A DNA stretch of 64,000 bases. It comes from Asterias rubens. Its lineage: Eukaryota. The translations under genes and the position numbers were made by a program. The stretch is from assembly GCF_902459465.1 (NCBI RefSeq), contig NC_047072.1:15438001-15502000 (forward strand), given 5' to 3'. Below, in pieces: positions 22,956 to 35,710 of the stretch. The notes under the pieces were generated by a model. That model searched no databases and was not told the DNA's origin. It worked only from the letters and a program-made list of their open reading frames with translations. Numbering within the stretch: the first letter of the stretch is position 1; each line of letters opens with the position of its first letter.

Positions 22956-25093
22956 CGTTGTGAGAAATAATGACTTTAAACTTAAAGGGGCTTTGCGTAT
23001 AATAGTTTCAGGGTTGAAATAAAGAGAATATGATGATATATAAATTGACAGTAGCTACTAATAATCCACAGGTTTTCTTTGAAGTTGTTATTTATAGAGC
23101 AAAGCCTATTATACTTGCAGTGATTGCTTAGTTGCTAAAGACTCGTTGGAAAATATGTTTTTCAAATTACTAACCCACTTTGGGAGTTAGTTGTTGACGT
23201 AATAATATGGAATCACACACATACTGATCTTACGATAGGCTTTATTAAGCAATGGAATAATTTTAGTAAGCAATAGTATACACTAGTGGAAGCACAGAGA
23301 CATGTGTCTCGTTTGGTGGTTGGAAATAGAGTGAGGGAAGAAACTAATAAGTATTTTGGGTCAGGCTTTCCAATTTAAGAGCCATCATAAACCAAAGACC
23401 AGAAGAATGTAATGGGCTTTTAACCCAGGTGATGACATGTGGTAGGAAGGACAAGGTAATGCACTTGGGTCAAGGGCAAGGCATACACCTGGGCCTTGGT
23501 ACAGTGAGTAGTCAATAATCAATCAGGGAGGTTGTTCTAAGGTCCAATATTTAAGCTACTGGACTGTTGATGGGGCAATATACAGGGGTTAAAAGTTAAC
23601 ATGTATTTGTATCAATTGGAATCTACACCACAACGCAGAGTCCTAGACACACTTCCAATAAACATCGCAGCACGTAGAGATGCCCTAATTCGTTACCTAA
23701 ATAACTGGGGTAGGTGGGGATTTCCCGCTATAATTATTCTTCACTGTGTATCAACTTCGCTATGATTGGTTGAACATTCGTCGGACACAGGAGAAAACAG
23801 TGAAACATCAAAACTTTTGTCAAATCAAATGCGATGTAACTTCACACCACGGTACGGACTCATCGGGAACACAAAATAAACTCGGATGCAAGTTTTAGTT
23901 GAGAAACAATTTACGTCTATTTTTATTGAAGTGTTCCAGTATTTCATAAATCTATAAGCAGCCACTATATTTTGATTTCTTTTTATTACGCATTATCTAA
24001 AGTGTTCACTTTAACAAATAACGATTGTTTGCATTCGTGCAATGATGAGAATTAAGTTATTGAATGATGGAATGTTCAAACCAATGAGGTGAAGTCGAGT
24101 TGAATGGAACATTCCACCTTTCATCGAATTAAATATTCTCTCCATTGTAAGAATACAAAAGACGTATTTTTTTGTTTTATATAACACCCAGGTAGATCTT
24201 TGTCATTCTTAAAGGAAAAACCAAAGCTCAAAATGTACAAGATATCGCCGAAAATCTAAATCGGGAAGAATAATCCCAAACAATAACACCCAAACTGAGG
24301 AGTCTTATTGCAATAACGCTTCACCCAAACTGAGGAGTGTTACTGCAATAACGCTTCTCAGATTTTTATTTTTGAGATTAAAAACTGATAAATTTTATTA
24401 ACCACATCTTAGAAGTGAAATGTCTCTCAGAATGCTTTATACTAACCGTAAACCCCTGTAGGCTTTTAACCAACAGTTTTTATTGCCAATAATTTTATTG
24501 CCAAACGAGTGATTCCCAAACGTTTACCTTTCCTTTAAGTTTATACTGAAATCTAGCACAGAATCATTGAAAGAGACAAACCACAAATGCCAAACACAAA
24601 GTCTGAAACAAATGCATTAAAAATTCACAGTCATCCTTATAAATCAGATCACATGTGAAGATTTTAGAAATCTTCTAAGTTCAGATTATGAAATTAATCA
24701 AACTAAAGCAATCTATTAGTCAGGTGCAGCATATTTCATTTATAAGCAATTCAACATTAGTTGAAACGGGGAGTGAAATGTAACTTGGTTAGGGTTAACT
24801 CTATGGCTAATAAAATAATGATTAGTTATTTCATGTAACTATGTTTTGTGACTTGGGTCACATTAAAATTAAATGCCGATACTGGTCATTGGTAGTTAAC
24901 AAGTTGCCCATGGGCTTTAATCAAATTTAATAAGCTATTCTTTACACTTTCCCTTTTAAAAGTTTATGCTGCGAAAGCTAAGCATTGATTCATTGGCCAA
25001 AAGTCTACTGTACTGAAAATGAAAGTTCCTTAAATCTACTAGAAATTTTTACTTAAGTAAAAACAAACACAGTTTGCTTTCATTTAATCCGAA

Positions 25094-27596
25094 TCATTCA
25101 TCCTCATCCTCATCTTGGTTGATTGCAGCAACAGCAGCAGCCCCTACTGCTGCACCAGCCACAGCTGCTGCAGCAGTACCTGCAGCTCCTAACCCTGCAG
25201 CTCCAACTGACTGCAGAACAGCCACTGTACTTCCTGCTACAATAGCGCCACCATTTGCAATTGCTGCAGAAGACATCATGCCTGCTGCGTAGGATCCTGC
25301 TGCTATTCCACCTGCTGTAAATCCTACAGCAGGGAGTATTACTGGAGCTGCGACTACAGCACCTATTCCGAATAAACCCATTGCTAGGAGACCACCTAAA
25401 GAGAAGCCTGGAATATAGAACACAATATTATTAAATTCCCTAAGGGTGGCATGGTAGACTGGAAATCAACTAACATGTACTGTGTGTGATTAGTGTTTTT
25501 GAAGAGGTTGGTGTTTTCACATTTCCTCTGATACCATTGGGTGGGTATAACACAACTTTTTAAAGGCAAACTTACTAGATCTAGAGGTAAATTTACCAAA
25601 ATCAGAAATTTTTACTTAAAAACAAAAGGATTCTAGCCAAGTTCTAACCGCCCTGTATATAGCAAATCTCGACCAATCAGCAGACACCAAACCGCTGTTG
25701 TATGCATGATGCTCATTAATATGCATGCAGATTTGTAACATGCACAATGTTCAGGTTGCGCCGCTTGTTTGTGTGATTGGCCGAATGTGTCACATGGTGT
25801 CCTGAAAAGAAGGGGTATAAATTTGGGAAGTCTGGTGACTAGAAATTGCAGTAAGTTCTCTGCTGTGCCACGAGGGTTTTCCAGACTATCCGGTTTTCCT
25901 CCCTCAGGAAAAAATCAAACACTTTCGATCTTGGCTGTGCTCCGTGGTCATTATGGGTTGATGTGGCTGGCAGCTGAATGCGCCCTTGCATGTCTGCTTC
26001 TCGAACACGTTGTAGCCGCGTCCTTCGCATTTCAGCTCTTAGCTGCGAGTAAGGATGATTAGCCCCCCCCCCCCCCCCCCAAATTATTATATTATTTGGC
26101 CTTATGGAGTATGAGGGTTACGATTATCGCAATTAGTATTAACTTGACTGTATATAATATATATAAATAGATAATAATAACAATAAATTATATAGGATTT
26201 GAGGCATTGCATGGTGAGGTATCAATGTGTACTTGGATTGCGGTAACACCATGTGTGTATCTACTTGCCAGGTAGAGTTGTTCTTAGGGAACTGTCTTGC
26301 TATATTCTACTGCCGCGGAGTAGATAATCGGAGGTTCGGGAGACTTCCCAGTTCTGAAACGAACTGTCCTGCTTTTTAACAGGGCGGATGGTATAGAAAA
26401 TCCATCCTGGTAATAGTTAAAAAGCAGGACAGTTCTTTTCAGAACTGAGAAGTCTCCCGAACCTCCGATTATCTACTCTGCGGCAGTAGAATATAGCCAG
26501 ACAGTTCCCTAAGAATAACAATAAATTAATTAATTAATAATAAATAACGAACAATAATTTCATCTAAAGTGATGTATGAATATTCATTACCCAAGACAAT
26601 TAATATTTGTCCATATACATTAGGATATACATACCATCACTTTCTTCCCTGTGCCTCCCCTGAAAAAGTAAAAGAAACTAAATTTACTTATTGGGATTTT
26701 AAATTTCCATAGACATTTTGTCAGGAATTTTGTCTATAGAATGTTAGCAGTGTAAATTTTACAGCCATAGAGCGGAGGGACTTTTTTTATGACAATTGTT
26801 ATTGTGTTTTATCGGCTCATTTTAAATAACTCCTGTTTATTTTGTTGGTTGTATTTTGCTTATCTGCCTATTATGCGATTTTATGAGTGTTTTCTATTTG
26901 TATCTTTGTATTGTTTGCTGATTTTTATATTATTGTAAAGCATTTTGAGGCCATGCATAAGGCACTGTATAATTGTTTTGGTGGCCCTGAAGGGACATTG
27001 AACATATATATTTATGTGAATATTTACGTAAATATTTATGGATTTTGCCCTAAATCGCAAAAATATATTCATGTAAATATTTACGTAAATATTCACGGTT
27101 TGTGGCCAATTCGCAAATATTAACGTAAATATTCACGATTTGTGCCCCAATCTTAAATATTCACGTGAATATTGACGTGAGTATTTACGTAAATATTTGC
27201 GTATGGTCAGAATTCGCAAATATTGACGTGAATATTGACGTGAATATTTCCGATTTAGGGCAAAATCCATCATATATTTACGTAAATATTCACGTAAATA
27301 TATGTTTAATGTCCCTTCAGGGCCACCATATATAACTACAGCAGGTAGAACTAAATTACATGATACTTATAAATTATCACTGTCGGCAACAGTCATCACT
27401 GTCGGCGACAGTGATGAGACCAATGTTAAAAGCGGAGCCATTAACAGCTCAACAAGGTGGGCTACTTGAAATGGATCATATTCATAACAAAAGTACGTTT
27501 CTTTAGACCTACCTGTCTTCTTGCACTAGTATTAGTAATGCTCAGGAAGAGTAAAATGAGAATGAACTTGCCCTTCGTTTCAAGTTTCACCATCAT
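25094..27596 (-). CDS. IFI27: ISG12 (IFI6/IFI27-family) protein, copy 2, with acidic C-terminal tail
   Basis: Main exon 25407-25094 has the full ISG12 motif and ends NQDEDEDE*; in-exon ATG at 25381. Putative signal-peptide exon 27596-27513 reads MMVKLETKGKFILILLFLSITNTSARRQ. Its best donor is phase 0 while the acceptor is phase 1, so the join is unresolved. Confidence 0.85.
25850..26080 (+). mobile_element. SINE-like relic ending in a poly-C run
   Basis: gagggttttccagactatccggttttcctccc resembles a conserved SINE core; 17 C at ~26064-26080. Confidence 0.4.
26277..26519. mobile_element. ~240-bp near-perfect foldback element
   Basis: Arms gttgttcttagggaactgtct...aactgtcctgctttttaac and gttaaaaagcaggacagtt...agacagttccctaagaataac. 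Confidence 0.85.
26979..27328. mobile_element. 350-bp foldback element with internal 12-bp aatatt(c/t)acgt(g/a) repeats
   Basis: TIR tggtggccctgaagggacatt(g/a)aacatata, with many internal aatatttacgta/aatattcacgtg units. Confidence 0.85.
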
Positions 27597-27689
27597 GTCC
27601 TGCGTTTATTAACTCATGGACGAAGGAAAAGCACTGATCACACCACAATGACAAAGCACGCTGCACACCTGCTATTATGCATCTAAAAA

Positions 27690-27699
27690 GGGAAATCCC
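27690..27699. promoter_or_regulatory. NF-kB consensus site GGGAAATCCC upstream of ISG12 copy 2
   Basis: Perfect kappaB match 94 bp upstream of putative ATG 27596, followed by ttgtgagaaattcc (a second kappaB-like half-site). Confidence 0.55.
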
Positions 27700-27852
27700 C
27701 TTGTGAGAAATTCCACTCGTGAGAAATATTAGAAGAAGTCTCATGCTGAAATCTGTTGAGCGCGTTAATCAGTAATTTTCGTCCCTTCGTTATTAAGGAC
27801 AGAAATCAATAAACAAACAACTGTAGACACTATGCCCTTTCCTATTGCTCGC

Positions 27853-27921
27853 TAGACTTGTGGACAAGTCGGCCCACGCGCTGAGATAGTGGTCTCGCGA
27901 GATCACTGCTCCACAAGTCTA
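27853..27921. mobile_element. 69-bp hairpin micro-MITE (TAGACTTGTGGA...TCCACAAGTCTA)
   Basis: Flanks attgctcgc / ggtgctcgc (7/9 match). A related sequence starts at 63806. Confidence 0.65.
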
Positions 27922-29788
27922 GGTGCTCGCAGATTCAAACTGATTTCAACCTAAATGTTTCCTTGCAGTGTTAATACACATTATCAATGTATTATTTAGT
28001 GAAATTTGCTTTAGGGTTTTAAGCAGGGGACGTTTGTTATGCGCAAGAGACGGACTACAAAAGAGTTGGCAAACAATGCCACTCTTTACATTTTTAAATA
28101 TATATTGAAACTTGAAAAATTATATCAAATTTTCTCAGTAATTATGAACAATAAATAGCAACACTTCATGAATTGTCAACAATTAAAAGTCGGTTACACT
28201 CAAGAAACTGGAGGGGGCTCTTTACAAATGCAAGGACAATGATTTCCAGTGAGGGACGACACATTATGAGACTAATTTATAAAATCAACAACATTTATAA
28301 AGTCTATCTTGGAAAATAATTTTTAACATAAACATTTGTAAATAATATGATTTGAGAGAAAAAGTACAAACAAATGATTTATTTGAGATGTTTGAGCCCG
28401 TTTTTAAAGTGATGGACGGACGTGAGGGACGAACTTGTGCTTGGAACTGCATGTTGTCATAAGACATGGTATGAAAATAATTGGAATCAATTGGGATAAT
28501 CTTTGACCTCACAGTAACATGATAATTGCAAAATAAATTTTTAACTTGGTATAAAAGACCTGGTTATATCAGTTTTGGGGTAATGTCCCTCCCTCTGTGG
28601 CTTTCCAAGTCGGAGTCTTTGTCCCACATCAAAAACTCATTTTTTCATCATTCCCTATTCATCCTGTTATAAGCCTAGTGCCTATTGTGAACACAAAAGG
28701 CATTCTATCACTTGATTTATGTGCAAGGTACAGTTTTGCTATTATTATTATTGCAAAAATCAAATAACTATAATGGGCAAGAAATAAACATGTCTCAAAT
28801 TTACCTTGGGAAACATTCTATATATGCTATTTTATTGTTTCTCAATACAGTTACAGAAACAATAGACAATATCAAATAACTCCTTTGTTGCTATGAAAGT
28901 GGCCATATGTTAGGGCAGACTGTATGGGTGTGTCTAAATGCATATATCAATGAAGCATGCAGCGTACCGCCCACACGCACACCCCGCGCCATGTTGTGGG
29001 ACAGGCTATTTGAATGATATAGTCGCATTCAATACGGTCTACATATTTTACATTTTATTTCATCCCAAAACTCACATTAAATTTATTACACTCTTTTTGT
29101 CTGATATAAAATTTGTTTTGATTGTTATTTTTCAATGGTAAAACACCAGTTGGGCTGATGTACAATTTCTTTTATTATGCCTTAGCCTTGGACTTTAAAC
29201 CCATTCACTGGTAAGCAAATTTGGTTGCTAATTAAAGTAGGAAAATGTACTTGTTTATATTGTCTGCACTAAAAACTCTGCTGGAAGTTTGTGTGCCTAC
29301 TGTAGTAGTTATGAAGAATGAAACTGTTTTTGTTTAGCTTATTGTACAGCGCCATGACCAATGACTGTTGGATTAGCGCCTTATTAATTTAACAATTGAT
29401 TGATTGGTTAGGCAGACAGCTGCTAACAGTCAGTTGTTATCATCAGCCTTGTGGTTTTAGGACTGTCTGTGGTAGATAGCACTACCCAATTAAATACTGC
29501 CCTCTGTTGGCAGGTTGGATGGTGATCGATAGTTCTTGACTGGTAGTTAATAGAGTCGCTTCTCCTGAAGACTGTTCTGTTCGAAACGAGTGTACTGTTC
29601 GAAACGTCGAGACCAAACCAGCTCTTTTCAGAGCCACCACTCCTTCAAAAGAGATCTTACTCATGGTTGTACCCACAAGTTTACTATTCATATTTATTTG
29701 TATTTATAGTTTTTCTTAGAGTCCCTTAAACTGCTCAAGAGATGAAGCCTTCCAGATGGACATAAAGAATTCCATGGTTTGAGCAAAA

Positions 29789-29936
29789 GCAAGGTCCCGG
29801 TACTCCTCCTGGTAGTGCAAGGGAAGCAAGGTCCCGGTACTCCTCCTGGTAGTGCAAGGGAAGCAAGGTCCCGGTACTCCTCCTGGTAGTGCAAGGGAAG
29901 CAAAGTCCCGGTACTCCTCCTGGTAGTGCAAGGGAA
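29789..29936. repeat. 37-bp tandem repeat, 4 copies
   Basis: gcaaggtcccggtactcctcctggtagtgcaagggaa at 29789, 29826, 29863 and 29900. Confidence 0.95.
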
Positions 29937-30173
29937 GACCAAATTGGACTTCCAGAAGAGACCCTGTTGCAAGGGTTGGCCGAGGTCGAGAACATCAGAA
30001 GATGGAAACTTATTATTCATGGTTTTCTGCATGTTGTATACTGTCTTCAAGATGATCCTCGGGTTGATTGGAGCTAGTGAAGTACAGCAAGTTAAGGTTT
30101 GGTGTGGAATACTGCCCTCTGTTGGCGCATTGGAGGATTCTTAAATCATCTCAGGAGAGTCTGACCCATGGAG

Positions 30174-32783
30174 TCAACTTTGTGTTTCCTCAATTTCATC
30201 AAAGTCCGTTTGTGATCTATCATTCTTGATAGCATGGATGGCATAGTTACATGCCTTGGGAGACCCCCATGACCAGCGCATTGTGATTGGATTCAAAATC
30301 ATCCCATGCACTAATCTCATGTTACAGTCATCTGTTGATAAAAACAAACATTCAAAATAAAGTGCCATAGGAATGTCAAGAAATCTCTGACAAAACAAGA
30401 AACTGGTTTTCATTGTTTGCACCTAACATAACCATATAATGTGGAGGAATCATCAAAATGTGGCGTGTTAACTGAAACTAGAGGATGTGTAAGAATTTTC
30501 TCTTCTAAATATCAGTGTTTTAGTTTTCAACTAACCCTTCTATACACAGGTACCACAGCATACCACAAAATACCACACCATCCAGGCTAGCATTGGGTGC
30601 ATGGGTTTCTTCTGTGTACGAGTACAACAGACAGTGACTGGCACAAAGTACCATACCATCCAGGCTAGCATTGGGTGCATGGGTTTCTTCTGTGTACGAG
30701 TACAACAGACAGTGATTGGCACAAAATACCATACCATCCAGACTAGCACTAGGTACAAGGGTTTGTTTTGTGTCTGAGTACAACAGACAGTGACTGGCAC
30801 AAAGTACCATACCATCCAGACTAGCACTAGGTACAAGGGTTTGTTTTGTGTCTGAGTACAACAGACAGTGACTGGCATAAAGTACCATACCATCCAGACT
30901 AGCACTAGGTACAAGGGTTTGTTTTGTGTCTGAGTACAACAGACAGTGACTGGCACAAAGTACCATACCATCCAGACTAGCACTAGGTACAAGGGTTTGT
31001 TTTGTGTACAGACAGACTGGCACAAAATACACTTGGTGCCAGACGGAGACCACAGAGGTCATGGCCTCTGTACGTTGCCCCTGGTGTAGGCTGTAGTGTC
31101 CCATCAAAAGTTTCCCATACACTTTTAAGATATTTCAATGCCATGGCCTTGCCCACTTAAAGATGAAATTCCAGGCCTGGGGATGCATAGGTTTCTCCTA
31201 TTTGTACAGCTGATATTATGGGATACCCTGTGGCTTGGTGTACTGTGGACTAGTTAGTCTCCACAGTCTCCTGTGGTATTTTGTGGCAAGGAGAGTTTAG
31301 GGATAGTAAAAGGGTATAAGAAGAATATACTCACTTGCTTCAAGAAACCTCTGCAAATCATCTGGAGGGATAAACTTAGTCCAGTCATGAGTGCCATGTG
31401 GTACAACCCTCGCTATGTCCTCAGCCCCAATTACTGCTAAAGCATAGGACAGCCACGTCTTGTTAATAGTGGTGAAGAATATCGAACCTCCAGGCTGTTA
31501 AATAAGCAATGCATTGAGTTAAACTACAATGGTTGTGATACAATAGCAAAATGCAAAACCCTTATGGTCTTAATGCAGTTGCCAACCCTCCCACACTTGT
31601 TCCAATCTTCTACCCTCACACCCAGTGACCAGTCCTCGAAATAACCCACAGCACTCACAGCAAATGCCATACTTTTGATGTGGTGTCATTTGCAAAGTTC
31701 CATACAAATTTAAATCTTCCTTATAGAAGTACCTTTAACCAGAAAAAATTGCTGTGCCTTGAGTGACTGTGTAATTTTAAAATTGAACAAACCTTAGTCA
31801 ACTGTGAACACGTCGCTACCAGCCCCTCTACATCACTAACATGTTCCAGCACCTCAGACGCAACAACTGCATCAAACACACCTCTCTCTGTCTCTAATAG
31901 TTCCTCTGCTGTTATACACATATACCTCAGTCCTCTGTGTAACAAAGGATCATGAGAAGCATGTTGTTGAGCCACTTCAATGTTCTCCAATGCAGCATCA
32001 ATACCAGTCACTCTTGCTCCTAGCCTGGCCAATGGCTGCAAATATTAGTCAATAGAGTTTTGAATAGTTACATCTTGATAATGGGAAACTTTTAAGGATG
32101 CTAGATGACAGGTAAATTGTCCTCGGAGCAAAGCCTGTCATTGAGGATTAAGTGTCAAGCATAGTCTAGTCTGGGCCAGTCACAGAGGCTTTCACAATGA
32201 TTGATTGACTATGCCAGCCTGCAATATGCAATCATGTGGTGAATGCATCTCCACATTACGGTCACCCCTCCTACTGTATGACTATTTAATATCATCCGAT
32301 ATGGTTTGGAATGATAGGTGCACTATGCCAGCCTGCAATATGCAATCATGTGGTTAATGCATTTGCACCACCATATAAACAACCCTTGCAATTGAATACA
32401 TTATCAACTCAATGGCAAATATAGCCGAGTGTGAGAGGGTATGGGGGTGCCAAATATTACTCGACAAAACTCACCTCTGAAAGAATTCCTCCTCCACATC
32501 CAACATCCAAGATGACAGAGTCAGTGAGTGGTTGTGGCCTGGCTAAAGTTTGACCTGACCCTTGACCTTTTCTGACCAGACCATCTCTAATGAGTGGTAT
32601 GCGTAGATCGTTGAGGCTGTGTAATGCCTGGAATGCACCATTCTCATCCCACCAAGATTCAGACAGTCTACGGAACTTCAATATCTCCTCCTCAACCACT
32701 GTTGTGTGCAGGGACCGATGCATCCCAAGGGTTGAATAAGATGCTTGTTCCAATCTTTTGTTTAAAGTCAAATCAAATGACAT
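30174..32783 (-). CDS. COQ3: Ubiquinone biosynthesis O-methyltransferase, mitochondrial
   Basis: Exons 32783(ATG; 5' end uncertain)-32475, 32035-31793, 31494-31335 and 30331-30174, GT-AG, 870 nt in frame. Motifs TTVVEEEILKF...[88 protein letters not shown]. Candidate upstream exon at ~33575-33690. Confidence 0.93.
30570..31030. repeat. 78-bp tandem repeat, ~6 copies, in the last COQ3 intron
   Basis: catccag(g/a)ctagca... recurs every 78 bp; it explains ORFs 30520..31122 and 30540..31025. Confidence 0.95.
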
Positions 32784-33406
32784 CAATAAATACAGGAGAA
32801 AATCAAGTGCAACTGTAAATTACGTTGTCAATTAAGGGCACTTCAAATAATAGATTCAGTTGAGAATCGTTTGACTAAAGGGAGAATATAGTTGAGAAAC
32901 AATAATTACATTTTACTCTTACAAATATTATAGGTATGTGGACCAAATTCAGACTGAACCCAAATGCCACACAGGAGTTTTATCTACCCCAACCACTTTC
33001 TCAAACCTATTTTAGAAATGTTGTCTTTCATCAGACTCACATAGACGACAGTCGAGGAGGTAAACATTTCAATGAGTACAAATATTTCAATAAATCAAAG
33101 CAATTTGTTTTACAATTACCTTGTTCAGCCTTGCGATACGTAACAACCCTCCTCCCTCAGGCTGTCAAGAGATGAGGGTTGCAATTCACAAGTAGTTCAG
33201 GTCAGCCGAACCCGTTCAGCCAGAGTCCCTGACCATTATAGGTTTAATAATAAAGGGAATCTGTTTAATGTGCTCTTCTGTGAAACTGAAATAAAAGCTT
33301 CACTCTACTCTACTTTTCTTCTTACCATCTCTATTCTTTAATTATAATACCACTGAATTGAGATGTCTTTTTCTGAATCTTTTGTCATGTGTTTGTTGGG
33401 CTGGTT

Positions 33407-33476
33407 TAGTTGCGATAACATAACCCTCCTCCGCCGTCGGGAGGAGGGTTTTACGTTATCGCAACTGTCGATTGTA
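33407..33476. mobile_element. TAGTTGCG-family hairpin micro-MITE with 9-bp TSD
   Basis: gggctggtt|tagttgcgataacataaccctcc...gttatcgcaactgtcgattgta|gggctggtt. Confidence 0.8.
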
Positions 33477-34890
33477 GGGCTGGTTCAGGTAAGGCTCTCT
33501 ATAGTTTTAAATGATGTTTTTGTTTGACTATCTTTAAAAGACCGACGTTAACATGGTAAAACGAACACAGCTCACCAACAACAAGAGCTGTGTCTTCCCT
33601 TGTGTGTTCTCCTAGAAATGAGGTTCGTTCCGCTGTTCGGTCGTGGGAGACGATAGCGGAACCATGGAGCTATAAAAACAAACACTATTCTTTTCTTAAT
33701 AATAATGTTCCGCCCCAACTTGATAATTGTCCCAACTATAGTTGGGACTGGTCCCAACTTGAGTGTTAAAGTTGGGGCATCCCAACTATAGTTGGGACAA
33801 TAATTCAGGGTACCAGTGCGTTGCAGTGGTACCAGGGTTGTTTTTTGCTGCTGTGTGCTTAGTCTGGTTCCCAGACCCAAAAATCTACGACTAGGCTCTG
33901 TCGAGTTTAGGGTCCGGTATCACCCAAAATTACGACCAAAAAGGAGGAATTCCTCCTCTTTCGAAGTTATCCGAAATGTTCCGAACGTGTTGTCGTTAAC
34001 ATTCGGACAGTATCGTTGATGTTCGGTACGGACTCGTAATGTCAGTCCTGTCGGCCATAGATCCAGGAGTTTTTATGCCAGTTATTGCCAATGCAGGCGT
34101 TGTGCCTAAATAAAGCGTTTGCAAAGCGATGCGACAAGTTCAAAATATATAAACCTGGGAAATCGCTCCGGGATCTGGTAAGTTTTTGTAAAAAATATGT
34201 TTTCAAAGGTGTTTTGACTTGTGAGTGTTCATTAGAGTTAGACATTGATTGAGGATTAAGTTTCATGATTTTTAAAAGTGGTAAAAATGGGGCAAAATCT
34301 GGTGACTAGCTGTCGAAATTATACGTGTTGAACCAGATTGTAATTAATTGACGATCAAAATAATCTCGTAACCCTCCGGCCTGGCGGCCGTTGGGAGGAG
34401 GGTTACGTTATCGCAACTAGTAGTACGTGCAGACATGGTTTCCCTGGAGATGACCCCCGACCCTGACAAGTTGCGTCATGCTCTATTTTTAACCGTGGAT
34501 GATACCTGACCTAAGAGTTCTAACAAGGGACGTCAAGGAATCTTTGGTCAGGGAACCAGACTACTGTGTGCTAGTTGTGTGAGCACAGATTAAACAGTGC
34601 CTCATGGTGTAAGCTAGTCTGCAGTGTAGTTTAAGGGACGGTATTTTTGTGGCTAGAGCGTGGTGGTGCGTAGCTAAGGGTTTGAGTGGGTAAATTAATT
34701 ATTCTCAAGAAATTCTAAATTTGATATAGTTTTATGTTGAAAATTACAGTGGTATGCGTTTGAGCCTACTTGTACAAATAGAGATGAACTTGTGGGCATC
34801 AAACAAAAAAACATGCCTAGCCTACCCCTAGGGGCCAAGACAATGAATGAACAAGCGAAGTCAAGTTATTTCTACAGTTGGGACTGGGGG

Positions 34891-35710
34891 GTCCCAACAT
34901 GCCCAACTAGAGTAATGACTGTCCTAACTGTCCCAACATGCCCAACTAGAGTAATGACTGTCCTAACTGTCCCAACATGCCCAACTAGAGTAATGACTGT
35001 CCTAACTGTCCCAACATGCCCAACTAGAGTAATGACTGTCCTAACTGTCCCAACCTGCCCAACTAGAGTAATGACTGTCCTAACTGTCCCAACATGCCCA
35101 ACTAGAGTAATGACTGTCCTAACTGTCCCAACATGCCCAACTAGAGTAATGACTGTCCTAACTGTACCAACATGCCCAACTAGAGTAATGACTGTCCTAA
35201 GTGTCCCAACATGCCCAACTAGAGTAATGACTGTCCTAACTGTCCCAACATGCCCAACTAGAGTAATGACTGTCCTAACTGTCCCAACATGCCCAACTAG
35301 AGTAATGACTGTCCTAACTGTCCAAACATTCCCAACTAGAGTAATGACTGTCCTAACTGTCCCAACATGCCCAACTAGAGTAATGACTGTCCTAACTGTC
35401 CCAACATGCCCAACTAGAGTAATGACTGTCCTAACTGTCCCAACATGCCCAACTAGAGTAATGACTGTCCTAACTGTCCCAACATGCCCAACTAGAGTAA
35501 TGACTGTCCTAACTGTACCAACATGCCCAACTAGAGTAATGACTGTCCTAAGTGTCCCAACATGCCCAACTAGAGTAATGACTGTCCTAACTGTCCCAAC
35601 ATGCCCAACTAGAGTAATGACTGTCCTAACTGTCCCAACATGCCCAACTAGAGTAATGACTGTCCTAACTGTCCCAACATAACCAACTAGAGTAATGACT
35701 GTCCTAACTG
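34891..35710. repeat. 39-bp tandem satellite, ~21 copies
   Basis: Unit gtcccaacatgcccaactagagtaatgactgtcctaact. Copy starts 34891 and 35671 differ by 20 x 39; it explains the VPTCPTRVMTVLT ORF. Confidence 0.98.

Noticed and set aside
25015-25025. ISRE-like GAAAATGAAAG near ISG12 copy 2
   Set aside because: Lies downstream of the stop codon, is not evident at the homologous position of copy 1, and is expected by chance in AT-rich DNA.
29694-31122. Overlapping repetitive ORFs at 29694-30050 and 30520-31122
   Set aside because: Products of the 37-bp and 78-bp tandem repeats; the latter lies inside a COQ3 intron.
33572-33690. Arg/Ser-rich frame (WFRYRLPRPNSGTNLISRRTHKGRHS) as the COQ3 mitochondrial transit peptide
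   Set aside because: No ATG in that frame and its phase-2 end does not join cleanly to the next exon; left unresolved as a probable 5' UTR exon.
34792-35682. 296-aa ORF of VPTCPTRVMTVLT repeats resembling a mucin or antifreeze protein
   Set aside because: It is the 39-bp satellite (a multiple of 3 without a stop) inside a dispersed repeat; no signal peptide or splice context.
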